DNA from: Gnetum montanum
Taxonomy: Eukaryota; Plantae; Gnetophyta
Assembly: GCA_015680685.1 (NCBI GenBank)
Contig: MNCI01001451.1
Location: 284,362 to 348,361, forward strand
Direction: 5' to 3'
Length of the DNA stretch: 64,000 bases
Of the stretch, positions 23,551 through 35,225 are shown piece by piece (the stretch's first letter is position 1; each line of letters begins with the position of its first letter). Under the pieces are notes generated by a model. The model did not search any database and was not told the origin of the DNA. It worked only from the letters and a program-made list of their open reading frames with translations. The translations under genes were made by a program, and so were the position numbers.

Positions 23551-26398
23551 ATGGCATCCAAACCGAGGCACCCAAGGGATGAAGGACCATCACAACCAAG
23601 GGACAAGCGCCCATGTATGGAAAGGGGACAAGGTGTGCAACTACTAGAGTATGTGGAGGGCTCTCATGCAACAAAGCCCTTCCGCGAACTACCTGACATG
23701 GAATCTATTCACCAGATTCCCAAAGAGGAAATTTCCGGTGTGCAATCGTGAGGGGATGAGACTCCTAGGATAGTACCACAGCTTGAGGTCACCTTGACCC
23801 AAGCCTGTCTTGATGCTATCACACCACACGAGGTGCAATGGACAGTCCTCCAAGAGTTAAATTTTGGACCATTCCTCGAGAACATGCCAGAAGATGTGAG
23901 GCTCCAATTGCAGAACTCTCCGATGTGGCCAATCATCACAACCAGTGGTGAGTGGTACTTAGGAGAAACTTATCTCTTTTGGATGAATCGATAGCCAAGG
24001 TTAAGAGTAAGAATCAAAGATATTTATGTCTCTTACTCTTCGAAAGCAATAGCGCAAGCTCTAGGGTTGCCTGAAATTGGGGCAGATGTGGTAGAAATTT
24101 TGAAACAGGCTGATCCAGAGGTAAAGGTCCAATGAACCAGACGATGCTATGGGGTAGAGCCCAAGGAATTTGGCTCCTTGACCATGGTAGAGAGAGTCTA
24201 CTCACAGATCGTGTCTTACCATTCAAATCCAACGGTAAGACCCAGAAAAATCACTGCCTTCTCTGCTCATGCGTGTGCCACCTTGAGTGGAAAATTTCCC
24301 ATGAGTCTTCCACAACTATTATTTTTGGAGATTGAAAAGAGGTTTGCTAAGAACGAACATGGAAGATGAGCTTTCCCCTTTCCCTGCCTAATCTAAAAGT
24401 TGTGCAAAAAGGTAGGGATAGCACGATATTCTAACGACATAATCTGACATGCCCCAATTGCCTCGTGACGAGAGATGATGAAAGACAAAACTCCTACCAT
24501 CACATAGATAGAGGAAGAGCAGCAACCACCTCCACCACCTATACAAACAACATAGCCGAGCTTGCAAACCATAGCAAAATACATCCACAAGATCTGAGAA
24601 ATTCTCTCAAGTGAGCAAGAGCCATTCAGCAAGACTAGTGGAGGAGAAGACCCTTCGGTCTATTACCCTGCCATAAGCCACCTGGAGTAAGTGGCTTAAT
24701 TAGTTAGCTTGCTTGAAAGGGCAGGGCCAATATTTTTTGCCACCTAAGCACCCATTCCAACCAAAACAGATCCAAGCATCCGAGATCTATCAACTGCAAC
24801 CCAACAGTTATNATTTGGCTGCACGTTCTTGTCCCTGGTGCTGCATCACCAGGACTGTCGCCCCCTCACCATCTTCCAAGNGCAGCACCAAGGACAAGAA
24901 GTTGCAACCAAAGTGGTTGCTGATACAATTGCTACAGTTCTCAATGCACCAGTAGCACCTGTACCAAACATCCATGGACTACAAGATGTACACGTCTTCC
25001 AGAACTTCACGTAGCAAGATTGATGCATCCCAACATGAAGAATTTTTGGATTGACTGGTGGAAACTTGGCAACCACTTCCGGATTTCTTCGACCTTCCGG
25101 ACAACATCACTGCGACCCAGTCAAAACTACTCTTGGCAAGGAGCAAGAGCCTTGTTTTGGAAGGGCAACTAGAAGTTGCTCAAGCTGCTTTTCAACGCTT
25201 GGCAATGGAGGTAGCCCAATTAAGAGCCCAGCTTGCCAATCCAGCCATCCTCAACCACGAAATTAACAGAGATGAAGCTTTTCAATAGCTTCAGCTTAAA
25301 CTTTAGTTTATTGAGGATGTAAGGGAGACGGTGATCCTCGACAAGTCCGTACAAGACGCCCAAGCGTATCACTTAGAGAAGGACCTGGCAGAGGTTCGCC
25401 AGGAGAATGTTCAGCTGACCACAGAAGTTCATCGCCTGCACAATGTTGGTGCAGAGAACGAACACATCAAAGATTTCATTCACCAATAGCAAGAGGAGCT
25501 AGCCAGGGTGAACGCTGACATTAGAAGGTTGGCTGCTGAAAATTAGAATCTGTCAATGCAGGAGGTTTGGCCATTACGACAGAAGTCTGCAATTGAAATT
25601 TTCTCTTGGAAGAGCAAGGCCCTAAAATTCAAAAAAGTTAAAAATCATTATAGGGACCAAGTGGGATTGCAGAAGGAGGTAAACGAGAAGCACATTCAAG
25701 TCGCTAAAGCCTAGATGAACCAAGTGCTCCAGTAGCTCCGAGAGGGAGGCGATGTATGGCCATCTATCTTTGATAAATTGAACGCCTACAATAAAGTAGA
25801 AATTTGCCTAAAAGAGCTAAAAATTGAAGCAATGACAGAATACATGGAGTTGGCCAACCTTCAGCATGCAAACCTAGCTATGTTCACAACTGGGAGACTA
25901 TAGTCAAAGTTAGAAAAACAAGTGGCTGCCTTGTATTCCCTATACGAGGGTGAGTTCCAGGTGCACAAGGCAACAAAATAGAAGCTGGCAATAGCAAACG
26001 TGAAACTCGAGATCCTCTGTACAAGCTTTGAAGGCCAACGTACTGTCACAGAGGACCTAGCCTAAAGAATGAGTGACTACCAACAACTGTAGACATCAAT
26101 CCGAGCATTTGATATCAAATGCAAACAGTTCGCAACCTAGTTTGTCAATTTAAAAGAACTCATCCCAGCGCTCCCTTGCCCTTGGGAAGTTCCAGTTCTA
26201 GCACACATTGGAGAAGCTACCTGGACCGTGAATGATCCCAGAAGTAAAGAAGAGAAAATGAGGGCTCTCTTAGAGGCTTTCCAGCTATCTCTAGAAGTTG
26301 CAGCTGCCGCGGGGTTACCGACATCCGTGCCGTCACCAACACATGGGCCAAAGACTGGAGAGGGTCCGTCAGAACCACCGCCCCTAGGGACAGTTTGA
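23551..26398 (+). pseudogene. Extra 3' ORF (Athila 'env-like' position): helical domain plus long coiled coil, ~950 codons, decayed
   Basis: Starts MASKPRHPRDEGPSQ after a pyrimidine tract; contains WPIITTSGEWYLGETYLFWMN and LSGKFPMSLPQLLFLEI; heptad-rich at 25100-26150; ends GEGPSEPPPLGTV*. Confidence 0.75.
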
Positions 26399-26635
26399 TC
26401 TTCTCTAGCAATTTTGTGCATCATCCTACACTGTAGAGCCTCTAGGACCAGTGAGGTGTTTAATTTTGTCTCTGAACACTACCATTTTTGTAATTTTTCC
26501 TCCTCTGTAACTCGGGCACTTGGTAAATTCATGTTGTGTCATGTGTGTCTCATGTATGTGTTTAAGTTATGTGTGTTGTAAACAAGAATCCATACCTTCC
26601 AAATTGTAAAGTAACTCAAGGATGAGTTTTTGCTT

Positions 26636-26648
26636 AGTCGTGGGGGTA
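26636..26648 (+). promoter_or_regulatory. Polypurine tract
   Basis: AGTCGTGGGGGTA immediately before the 3' LTR TG. Confidence 0.8.
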
Positions 26649-27734
26649 TGATGAAGTGTCATTAAGTCAATGCGTCAATTGGGCCACATATACGTGGCCC
26701 TGTCAATGCAGGCCTGTCAACGTAGCCTTCCTACATCGATGTGGCCCCGTTTACACAGCCACCCTTTCCAGCTTATAAATATGAGGATCTTCCACCTCAT
26801 TTAGGCATCTTTTTGAGTAGTTGTAGCAAAGCTCTTGCAGTTTTCTCCTGCAAGAGATAGAATATTTTCCAAGTGCCCGCAGCAAATGTAAGAAAAGTGA
26901 TCGGATCTTTATTCGAGCGTTGATGTATCNTCTGCGGGCACTTGGAAAATATTCTATCTCTTGCGGGAGAAAACTGCAAGAGCTTCGCTACAACTACTCA
27001 AAAAGATGCCTNTATCTAAGCCCATTAGTGTGACGGCAATAAAGATGAACTGTTCAAGCATTCCTTGCACCATTTGGACTTAGTTATTTCATGCATTTAA
27101 TAGTTTAATATATTTATGCTTTATTAGTTACTTGTTGATTACTTATGTTTTCATTATTATAATTTCAATTGTTATTGTTCATTCGTAGTTCGTTAAAGAC
27201 ATAAGTATGACTATCTCGAATGTAATCCAAACACTTGGTAAGCCCAATGATGCTTAACATCTGGTAACCCAGTAGTGTTAGGAAATGCTCAGAACGTGCT
27301 CAGAAGATGGGACTAGATACTTATGCTAGGAGTAGTTAGAATATAAACTAGGATAATTAGAGATTAGATAATAGTTTATTCCTTACTTTCCATATCTCAA
27401 TTAGTCGCCGAAAACATAATTAATAAGATATAAAAATCATTAGCCTTAGTCTCACTTAACCATCNCATAATTAATAAGATATAAAAATCATTAGCCTTAG
27501 TCTCACTTAACCATCGTAAACAAGACCTCACAAGTGATATTAGGATGATAATGACCATTCTAACCCAAGGTTTCACTAGTTAGAAGTCTAGTGTATGTTA
27601 AGTGCTTACAGTCTATGAATTTCGACTGAGTCGCACGTGAATGCTTGTGATTCATATGGCTGGGTGTAGGNTGAGTCGCACGTGAATGCTTGTGATTCAT
27701 ATGGCTGGGTGTAGGGATACCTAGCCACTCATCA
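26649..27734 (+). repeat. 3' LTR (inflated by n-flanked assembly duplications)
   Basis: Collinear with the 5' LTR apart from three n-associated duplicated pieces. Confidence 0.93.
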
Positions 27735-27739
27735 CCATG

Positions 27740-28150
27740 GATGATAAATTACATCTCAATTTAATAAACAATTTTTTTGTGTCTTATACCAAATCCTACC
27801 AATGAAAAGTACATTTTAAATTTTCTAGCCTCTTTAGTACCTCCTTTGGGGTCAAAGATATCACATTAAGTATCGTAGTTCAAATTTAAAATAATTATGA
27901 TTTAATTGTAATCTTCCAACAATGGTAAGAGGCTTTTCTTACTAACCATCTCTAAGACATTCTCTTTAGAACCTGAGTTCATAAGTCTAACTTATTTCTT
28001 CCCAAAGATAAAGGTATATACAAATATTTGTTTGGAAGACTAACCTACTTACACTTCAACACATTCAAAATATTCTTAAATTATAATCTCTAAAAGATAA
28101 AAAAGAAACAAATATTTCATCAAAATTAATTTTTAACCTTGAAGCTTAGA
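27740..28150 (-). mobile_element. Continuation of the old L1 interrupted by the Athila element
   Basis: Minus strand SLPNKYLYIPLSLG, a degenerate post-RT LPxKYLGxPL motif. Confidence 0.5.
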
Positions 28151-28154
28151 AATA

Positions 28155-31100
28155 TTTTTTTGGAAAAATTTGAGCTATATTACATTAAAAGTCAATATAC
28201 ATAATGTACAAAGTCAAAACCTCCCAAAAATAAGGGAGATGAACCTCCTCTTCTCCCTAAGCAAAAGGGACCCTCTCCCCTCCCTCCTCCCCCCACCCCC
28301 ACCAAACCCCAACAAGCTAAATAAAAATCCTCACAAAGGAACCTAGAAGTCAAACCCCCCACCCCAAGACCACCCCTAAACAAAAACCCCCAAACAACCC
28401 CCCTTCCTTCCTTCAAAATCGTAGTCTAGCCCAACCAATGTAATCTTGTCAACAAAGCACCATCCCTCTCCCATGCTTGGCAACTAGAACTAATATGGTA
28501 GTCATGTACATAGATAGATGGTGTGCTTCTATGCACAAATGGAATCTAGAACATCTTTATGTTTTTCAATATTAACAAAGGTGACCACCTCGTTTCCTTG
28601 CTTCTCAAGGTGGAACTCCTTACCCTGCTTGCGAATGTAGCACCACAAGGCCAACCACAATGCATTCCTACCAATGTTTAAAATAACATAAAGGCACATG
28701 CCCTACCTCAACTAGGAAATTGCATGCCATGACATTGCCTTGGCCACATCCCATCAAATTCTTTCTTCTTTCATAGCCGCTAAATGATCTTAGCTTGCAG
28801 CATGGCCGAAAGTTTCTATTCCCATTGGAACTCTTCCTCTGCCCAACATCACCTTTCCTCCCACTCTGCCATTTTTGCAACCTGCTCCCACACCATCACC
28901 TTGGCAAACGAGCCCCCCAAAGGTGAAAACCATCCCCCATGTGCTTGATCCTCTATCTCCTCCTCTAGAAAAACAACCGAAGGATCCCCAACTTGAGCCC
29001 AAACATCAAGAATCATATCCCCTATGACATCCCCCAAGTCCTTCCCATGCACATCCTTCCCCTTCTTTTCCAACACCCCCTCTAGGAGGCAACTCCTTTT
29101 CCTTCCACCTACCAATACACCTCCAATTCAAAGGAGATGTTCACAACAATTAGTGGAATGCACCCTAACCATTGGTCATAAATAGCATAGAAGGAGGATG
29201 TCATCCATCCCTCCCACTCATAGCTACAAATGAGAACCACCCCCATGGCTTTTCATTGAGCAAAAATGAGGTCAAAAGGGCACCCACACTACTACCTCCA
29301 CAACATGGCCAAAAAGAACTAAGGTAGGTTAGCCAAGCATCCCCTGTGTAGATAGCTAATTAAGGTGAAGTGAACCCTTAACAAATTCCATGCATTCCTT
29401 GAGTGGACAAAGTATCTATCCACCAAGATCACTACCTCTTGCCAGAGTAGCTCTAGAGCTAACTTCAGCACATAGCTACTAGCTGTATTACGAGTGGCCC
29501 TAGGGAAGAACTCTCTCACATCCTACAGGCCTCTAACATGTAAAGAGACCTCCTCCCCTACTACCAGAGCCAAAAGTATCATGCGATAGCAACCTTCATG
29601 AGCTCAATGTGGGTGCCCTAAAACACTATCTAGTTCCCCACCTAGTTGATGAAGAATAGATCATCCTCCAACTTAGGGTTCCCTTACAACTTAGGAAGCA
29701 CCTCGGCCCACCCAGCTTACATCACAAGATTCCATAGCAACAAATTCCCCTAGAATTCATCACACAGTGGTTTGACTATCAATGTAACCCCCATAGTAAA
29801 CAAAGCCTCCTTCAACAAGTGCACTCCCATAGTAGTGATTTGCACAAGCAATGGCAATGGCACCCCTTGAAACACCTGAAAGTTATGTGCACACCACAAT
29901 CTCCAAACAATAGCTATAGTCAAAGACTTCCCATTCAGCATCATTCCAACTAGTAGGTTAGCCACTCCCCACAACTACTATCAAAAAATGTAGTCTCAAG
30001 TAAAGTGCATGGTCATTTTGACCCCCACCATGCAAATGGGACACGTGTCATCAATCTGCATACCTCATCATCACAATTCCCATCATAGGGGAAGTGCATC
30101 ATGGAACAGCAACCAAAGAAACATTTCTATTTTTTTAGGAAAGCATCCCTTCCACACATGCCATTACCCCTAAATCAATGGAAATCTATTGTGAATTAGT
30201 TATTTATGTAGATCACTTAATGATCTTGCTATTGTCACCATCCACACATGCCTACAAATCACTTGCCAAATTTTTGAAACATTCACACCCGCTTCCCAAA
30301 ATGTGTACTTCTATCATAGGAGACAATTATGTAGGAATTAAATCTTATGACAACAACTTATTCAAAAGGATTAGATGTCCCATAGCTAGAACATCCCAAA
30401 AGCACATAATGTCTAGACCCCTCACATCTTTAGGATGTGCCACCATGTCCCAAGCCACCAGGTGTATGCGAGTACCCCCTTACCCCAACCATGTAAAGTC
30501 CCAAATTAGCTAATATACTTATTCAATAATCCTATCAGGAGGGAAGACCACACTAGTTGCGAAGCATACTATGACCAACAACAATGCCTTTTCCCACAAC
30601 AACCTACTTGCCTAGGATAAGAATTTGTTCATCCAATGGCCCACATGTTTCCTATATACTTTTGATCAATCCTCCCCAAACTCTATATTGATGCCAATAA
30701 AATAGTGGTATCCCCAATTATTTATCTTCAATAAACTTGAGCAACACCCCTAGCATCTAAATAATCCTTTCCTGAACCCCCCATCATAGTGTTCAACAAG
30801 TGAATAGCTGACTTGCCCCAATTGATTTGGAGCCCAATTTCCTTTCCCATGTGATGAAGGGCTTTGTTAATTGCTTGTGCCCCACAAAAACAAAATGGTG
30901 TCATCTACAGAGTGTTCCATCATGTATTGCACCCCATTCACTTCCAACCCCCTCACCCCCTCAGCTTTGTAGTAAGCCTACAGCATGTCCATCACTAGGA
31001 TGAATAGGAATAGTGACAAAGGATCCCCTTATTGTATCCCCCTCCTAGTGGTCTCAAAATCCCACAATCTATCCTTCAAATCTAGGTAAAAGCCCCTAAC

Positions 31101-33045
31101 CTCTAAATGTCAATGCATAATTTAACAAAGTGCAAGTGAGATCCTTTACAAAGCATGACCTCCTGAAGAGCATCACAAGCAACCATATTGTAGGCCTTGG
31201 TAATGTCAAGCTTCAAGCACATCCTAACCCAAAGTGAGTGAAGGACTTCTTGCACTATAATGATCTAGTCCTATATGTGCCTCCCCTTAACAAAACTCAC
31301 TCATTACACCCCCACTAGTTATGGCATCAACGACCCTAGCCAAGCCACTAGCAATTTCAAGAATCGTCAAAGAAGTGTATTGCAAATGCCAATGGGCCTA
31401 AAATCTATAGGACAAGAAAAGTGAGACACCTTGGGAATGAGAACCACCTGATCATAATTAATTTCCTACCTAACCCCCAATAGCTTAGCATTGAAATCAT
31501 CCAACAAGTTGTCACCAAGGACATTAATGAATGTCTGGAAGAACTCCACTAGTCATCCATCTAGCCTCAGGGGCCAACCCCCTTTCATCAAAGCTGATGT
31601 CATCCTTAATTCCATCCATGTGAAAGGAGCCAAAAAATAGCCATTGTTAGCCTCATTCAAAATTTTTTCATTGTGGATGGCAATCGACAAGACTCGTTGA
31701 TATCGCCAAATGTCTAACCAGAAATCTAGCAATTCCTTCACCATCTCTTCCTACCCCTCCACTTGAGAACCATTCATCAAAAGGTAATTAATGCTTTTAG
31801 ATTATTTTTCTAACCTCACCATGATGAAAAATAAATGAGAATCACAATCCCCCTCCCTCATCCAAGTCCTCCTACTTTGTTGTTGCTAATAAATCTCCTC
31901 CTCATCATCTATACCATGAAGCTCTACAAGCACCTCCACCTCTGCATCCCCCTGGTCATCCCCTTGTTCCTACTTTGCTTGGATTATCACCAAATGTTGA
32001 ACAACTCCCCACAGCATGCCTAAAACAAATATTTATTGCTCACCTGCATCTATCTAATGTTGTGTTTTAGCATGGTTAACCCTTGTCTCAGATATTCCTA
32101 AGGGTTCAAGTCACCAGAGTAACCTTTGCAAATATCCTCCATGATTAGCCACAACCATAATTTGGTCATCCAATATCATTTAAAATTAAATACCAATGGT
32201 CCCCTTTTGTCTTGAGGCCCCAAAATTCATAACTATGGCCTATGATCTGATGCCACATGCTCCAACCCTCAAACAATCACACCCCTCTACCAGAGTAGAG
32301 CTAACTCCATCCATACCCAATTAATCTTGTTCATCACTTGGGCTGCCCCTTTTCATCCATTGCACCATGTAAACTAGCACCTTCCCAACTTCCATATCCA
32401 CCAAACTATGCATGTCAAGGAATCGAAGAAATGATTGTGCCCTAGGTGGATCTTGTAGGCCCTCATACAACTTCTCCCAACCAAACAGTCACTGGTTAAA
32501 GTCCCCTACCAAAATCCATTGGTGTTTGTTAGGCACTAATGAAGTAATCCTCTGCAACTTGTGTAGCCTCTCTTCGCATTGCTGAGGCCCATAGAAATTT
32601 ATGACAATTATCCCCATCAATAGCCAAAAGGTAATACTCAAATCCAAAACATTCACAATGTCAATCGACCACTAGGACAGTACTTTCATAGCCCCTACAC
32701 ACCCTCAACATCCCATTGAGAACATGCACTAGCCCTACCAATTGAGCCATTGCCTTTCATTTAGTAGCATCTTCATCTCCTACAAGCACATGACATCGTA
32801 GTGTTTCCTATGAACCATATCCTAAAGGGTATTGCATTTGAAGGGGGTACCCTGCCTGCTACAGTTCCATGAGAGGATTCTCATGGTTTACCTTTATTAT
32901 GCTTCTTGTAAACCTCTTGGATGATCTACTAAACCCCCAAGTCAACCTTCTTCTGCAACTTCTTCACTCAAGAAATTAGGCCCAAAGGTTTGCAAACTTT
33001 GGTAGGCTTAGGGAAAACCACAAAACACCCCCCGCCTTCAATTTC
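28155..33045 (-). mobile_element. L1-clade LINE copy E (end of ORF1, ORF2 APE-RT-zf-RVT, extension)
   Basis: ORF2 start MRILSWNC at 32884; WILVGDFNQ; LKLDITKAY; QGDPLSLFLF; degenerate HSVDDT (~30900); zf-RVT ~30000-30150; extension from MGVTL (29794); family tail with poly(A) at ~28155. No clear TSD. Confidence 0.85.
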
Positions 33046-33244
33046 CAATACTTTTTAACATTTTGAATGTAACTTTCTTCAGGTTATAGAAAGATTAAGT
33101 ATAATTGACAAATTGCATATGTACAATTAGGTAAAGTATAAGTTAACGTGATTGTTCAATATCTTCCTTTTTAGCTTTATCTTTAATGAGCATCCTAAAT
33201 CTTTAACTACCATAATAAAAAGAACATAAGATCTTTTCTTAGTT

Positions 33245-33480
33245 GATTCATCATCATCATCCTAGCTTTGCCCTAATAATATGGGGTTCATAATATGAGT
33301 TTTCTTTTTTTTTTCTTTTTTTTTCTTTTTGCTATTCACCTCTTATTAAAAAGTTAAATCTTTATGTATATACAACTTTATCAAATTATCTTTAACCATT
33401 TCTTTCCATATTTTATTGATCTTCCTCTCAAAAATTTTTGTCTCAACTCATTGTTGCTATAAAATCTTTCTTAGGCTAAC
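33245..33480 (-). mobile_element. 3' fragment of an RTE-clade LINE
   Basis: Minus strand has a degenerate RGR(P)xxxW motif, then ACCCCATATTATTAGGGCAAAGCTAG-(GAT)n, typical of plant RTE tails. Confidence 0.5.
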
Positions 33481-35203
33481 CTATAAAGTAACACTAAAAA
33501 TGAAGTCATAGTATGATACTCTTCATTCATTAAACACCCATGATCAGGAAATCTAAATTTATGTAACCATCATTATGGTGCCTTTATCCCATCTATATGG
33601 GTTGACTATTAAAATATACAATGGATTCTATGATCATTTCATGTGGGCAGTTACCTATTTGATACCAAAATCCAAATTTATGTAATGTAGCATCGAAAAT
33701 CCTCCATGCAATATGATCATAAGTTTTACATTAATCAAATATAAGTGAAACCATTAATTTTTTTAAATAGTAAATGAAAATTTCATGAAAAAAATAGTCT
33801 AATTTAAAATTTTTCTATCTTTAACAAATCCTATGGAGTAATCATTGATGAAAAATAGTGTAATGGTCTAGCTTTCTTGAATTTTCATCTTAATATTTGT
33901 GGCAATGTTTGTGAGTCTGCTTTGTTATGATGATGTGTGTGGATAGTGTTGATTTGTAGAAGTATCTACAATTTTATGATTGTGATATATTTAGAGTAAT
34001 GCTAATGTGCTTATGTTAATGATTGGTTGAATGACCAACTATTTTAACTTGCGATTAACCTAAGTTGTGCCAATGTGTGTTGTTTGTATTACTATATGCA
34101 AAGTACTAAGTACGTACTACTAATTGATTTAGAATATATGAATGGAATGAACAAAATGAATGTTGAGTAGAAATGTAGCTAAGATGTTGTATTATTTATA
34201 ATGTTGTTACTGTGTTTTTACTTTTTTTTTTATGTGTTGCATGACCTAACTATCTTGAAATGATTTCTTCAACTCATTAGAATGTTTCTATTTGGACAGT
34301 AATGTGGGTATCTTGTATACTTATTTTGGGTGTGTATTTATATAAGTTTTTGATATCTTATCTTTAAAGGCTACTATGTGAATTCTAATTATTTAGCAAT
34401 CAAATTTAGAAAGAAAATAGAAACAAAGACTACTTTATGTTATTCTTCAAGGGCTGAAAGTGGTATGTTTTGCTTAGTAACAATGATTATTTTAAATGTG
34501 CATATAGATGCACATGTTGCTAAAAAACTTGACCAATGAATCAAGTGGAAGGAACCTAACCTATGAATCAGGAATATTATGTATATCATACCTATATTAT
34601 TTTAAATAATGAACATGTGAAGTGTTCTGCATATTAATTATGCATTGTTTTTTTTTTAGAGTTTCATTAGATAATAGAATATAAGTACTCCCTCCATGGC
34701 TGTAGAAGGGTCATGTGATGACCTTTCAAGGCATCGTAAGACAATGCGATAATAAGTTGTGAATATAAAACTCTTGCATTATTGATGGCTTGAAAGAGAA
34801 GGTGTTTCACTTGGTTTTATGTCTTGAACTTGCACTCTTTGATATTCTCATTTTGGAATCTCTTTCATTGCACCTTATGACATGATTTCTAAGAGATATG
34901 TTGTTGGAAAGGAAGCACAACTACATATTTATTACTAATAAATTTAGAGGTGACATGTTGAAGAAATGATGAATAGAGGTGGATATTATACTTGAATATT
35001 TTATGCTTATCAATTTTCTACTATGTGAGATCAAAAGGAATTGAACCTGAGACTTAGTCGAATTAGAATTCCAAAAAATAGAAAGTTGTAACTTAAGCAA
35101 TTGACCTTGCAACCTATTAGAATATAATATTATTAATTTTTAAAAGTGATCATGGAAATAATTGAACTCATGACTAGGTGGTCTAGAAAAAGGTTTTATT
35201 TAT

Positions 35204-35225
35204 TGAGAGAGAGAGAGAGAGAGAG
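35204..35225. repeat. (GA)n microsatellite
   Basis: About 11 GA units. Confidence 0.9.

Larger units (their letters stand above)
14531..27734 (+). mobile_element. Full-length Ty3/Gypsy Athila-type LTR retrotransposon (decayed) with extra 3' ORF
   Basis: TG...CA LTRs at 14531-15435 and 26649-27734; TSD CCATG (14526-14530 / 27735-27739); tRNA-Asp PBS; domain order gag-PR-RT-RH-INT with no chromodomain; PPT AGTCGTGGGGGTA. Confidence 0.95.

Noticed and set aside
26930-27012. 81-bp inverted duplication inside the 3' LTR forming a large hairpin
   Set aside because: Bounded by single n characters and absent from the 5' LTR, so most likely an assembly artefact. The same applies to duplications at ~27465, ~27671, ~24812-24881, ~21091 and ~51463.
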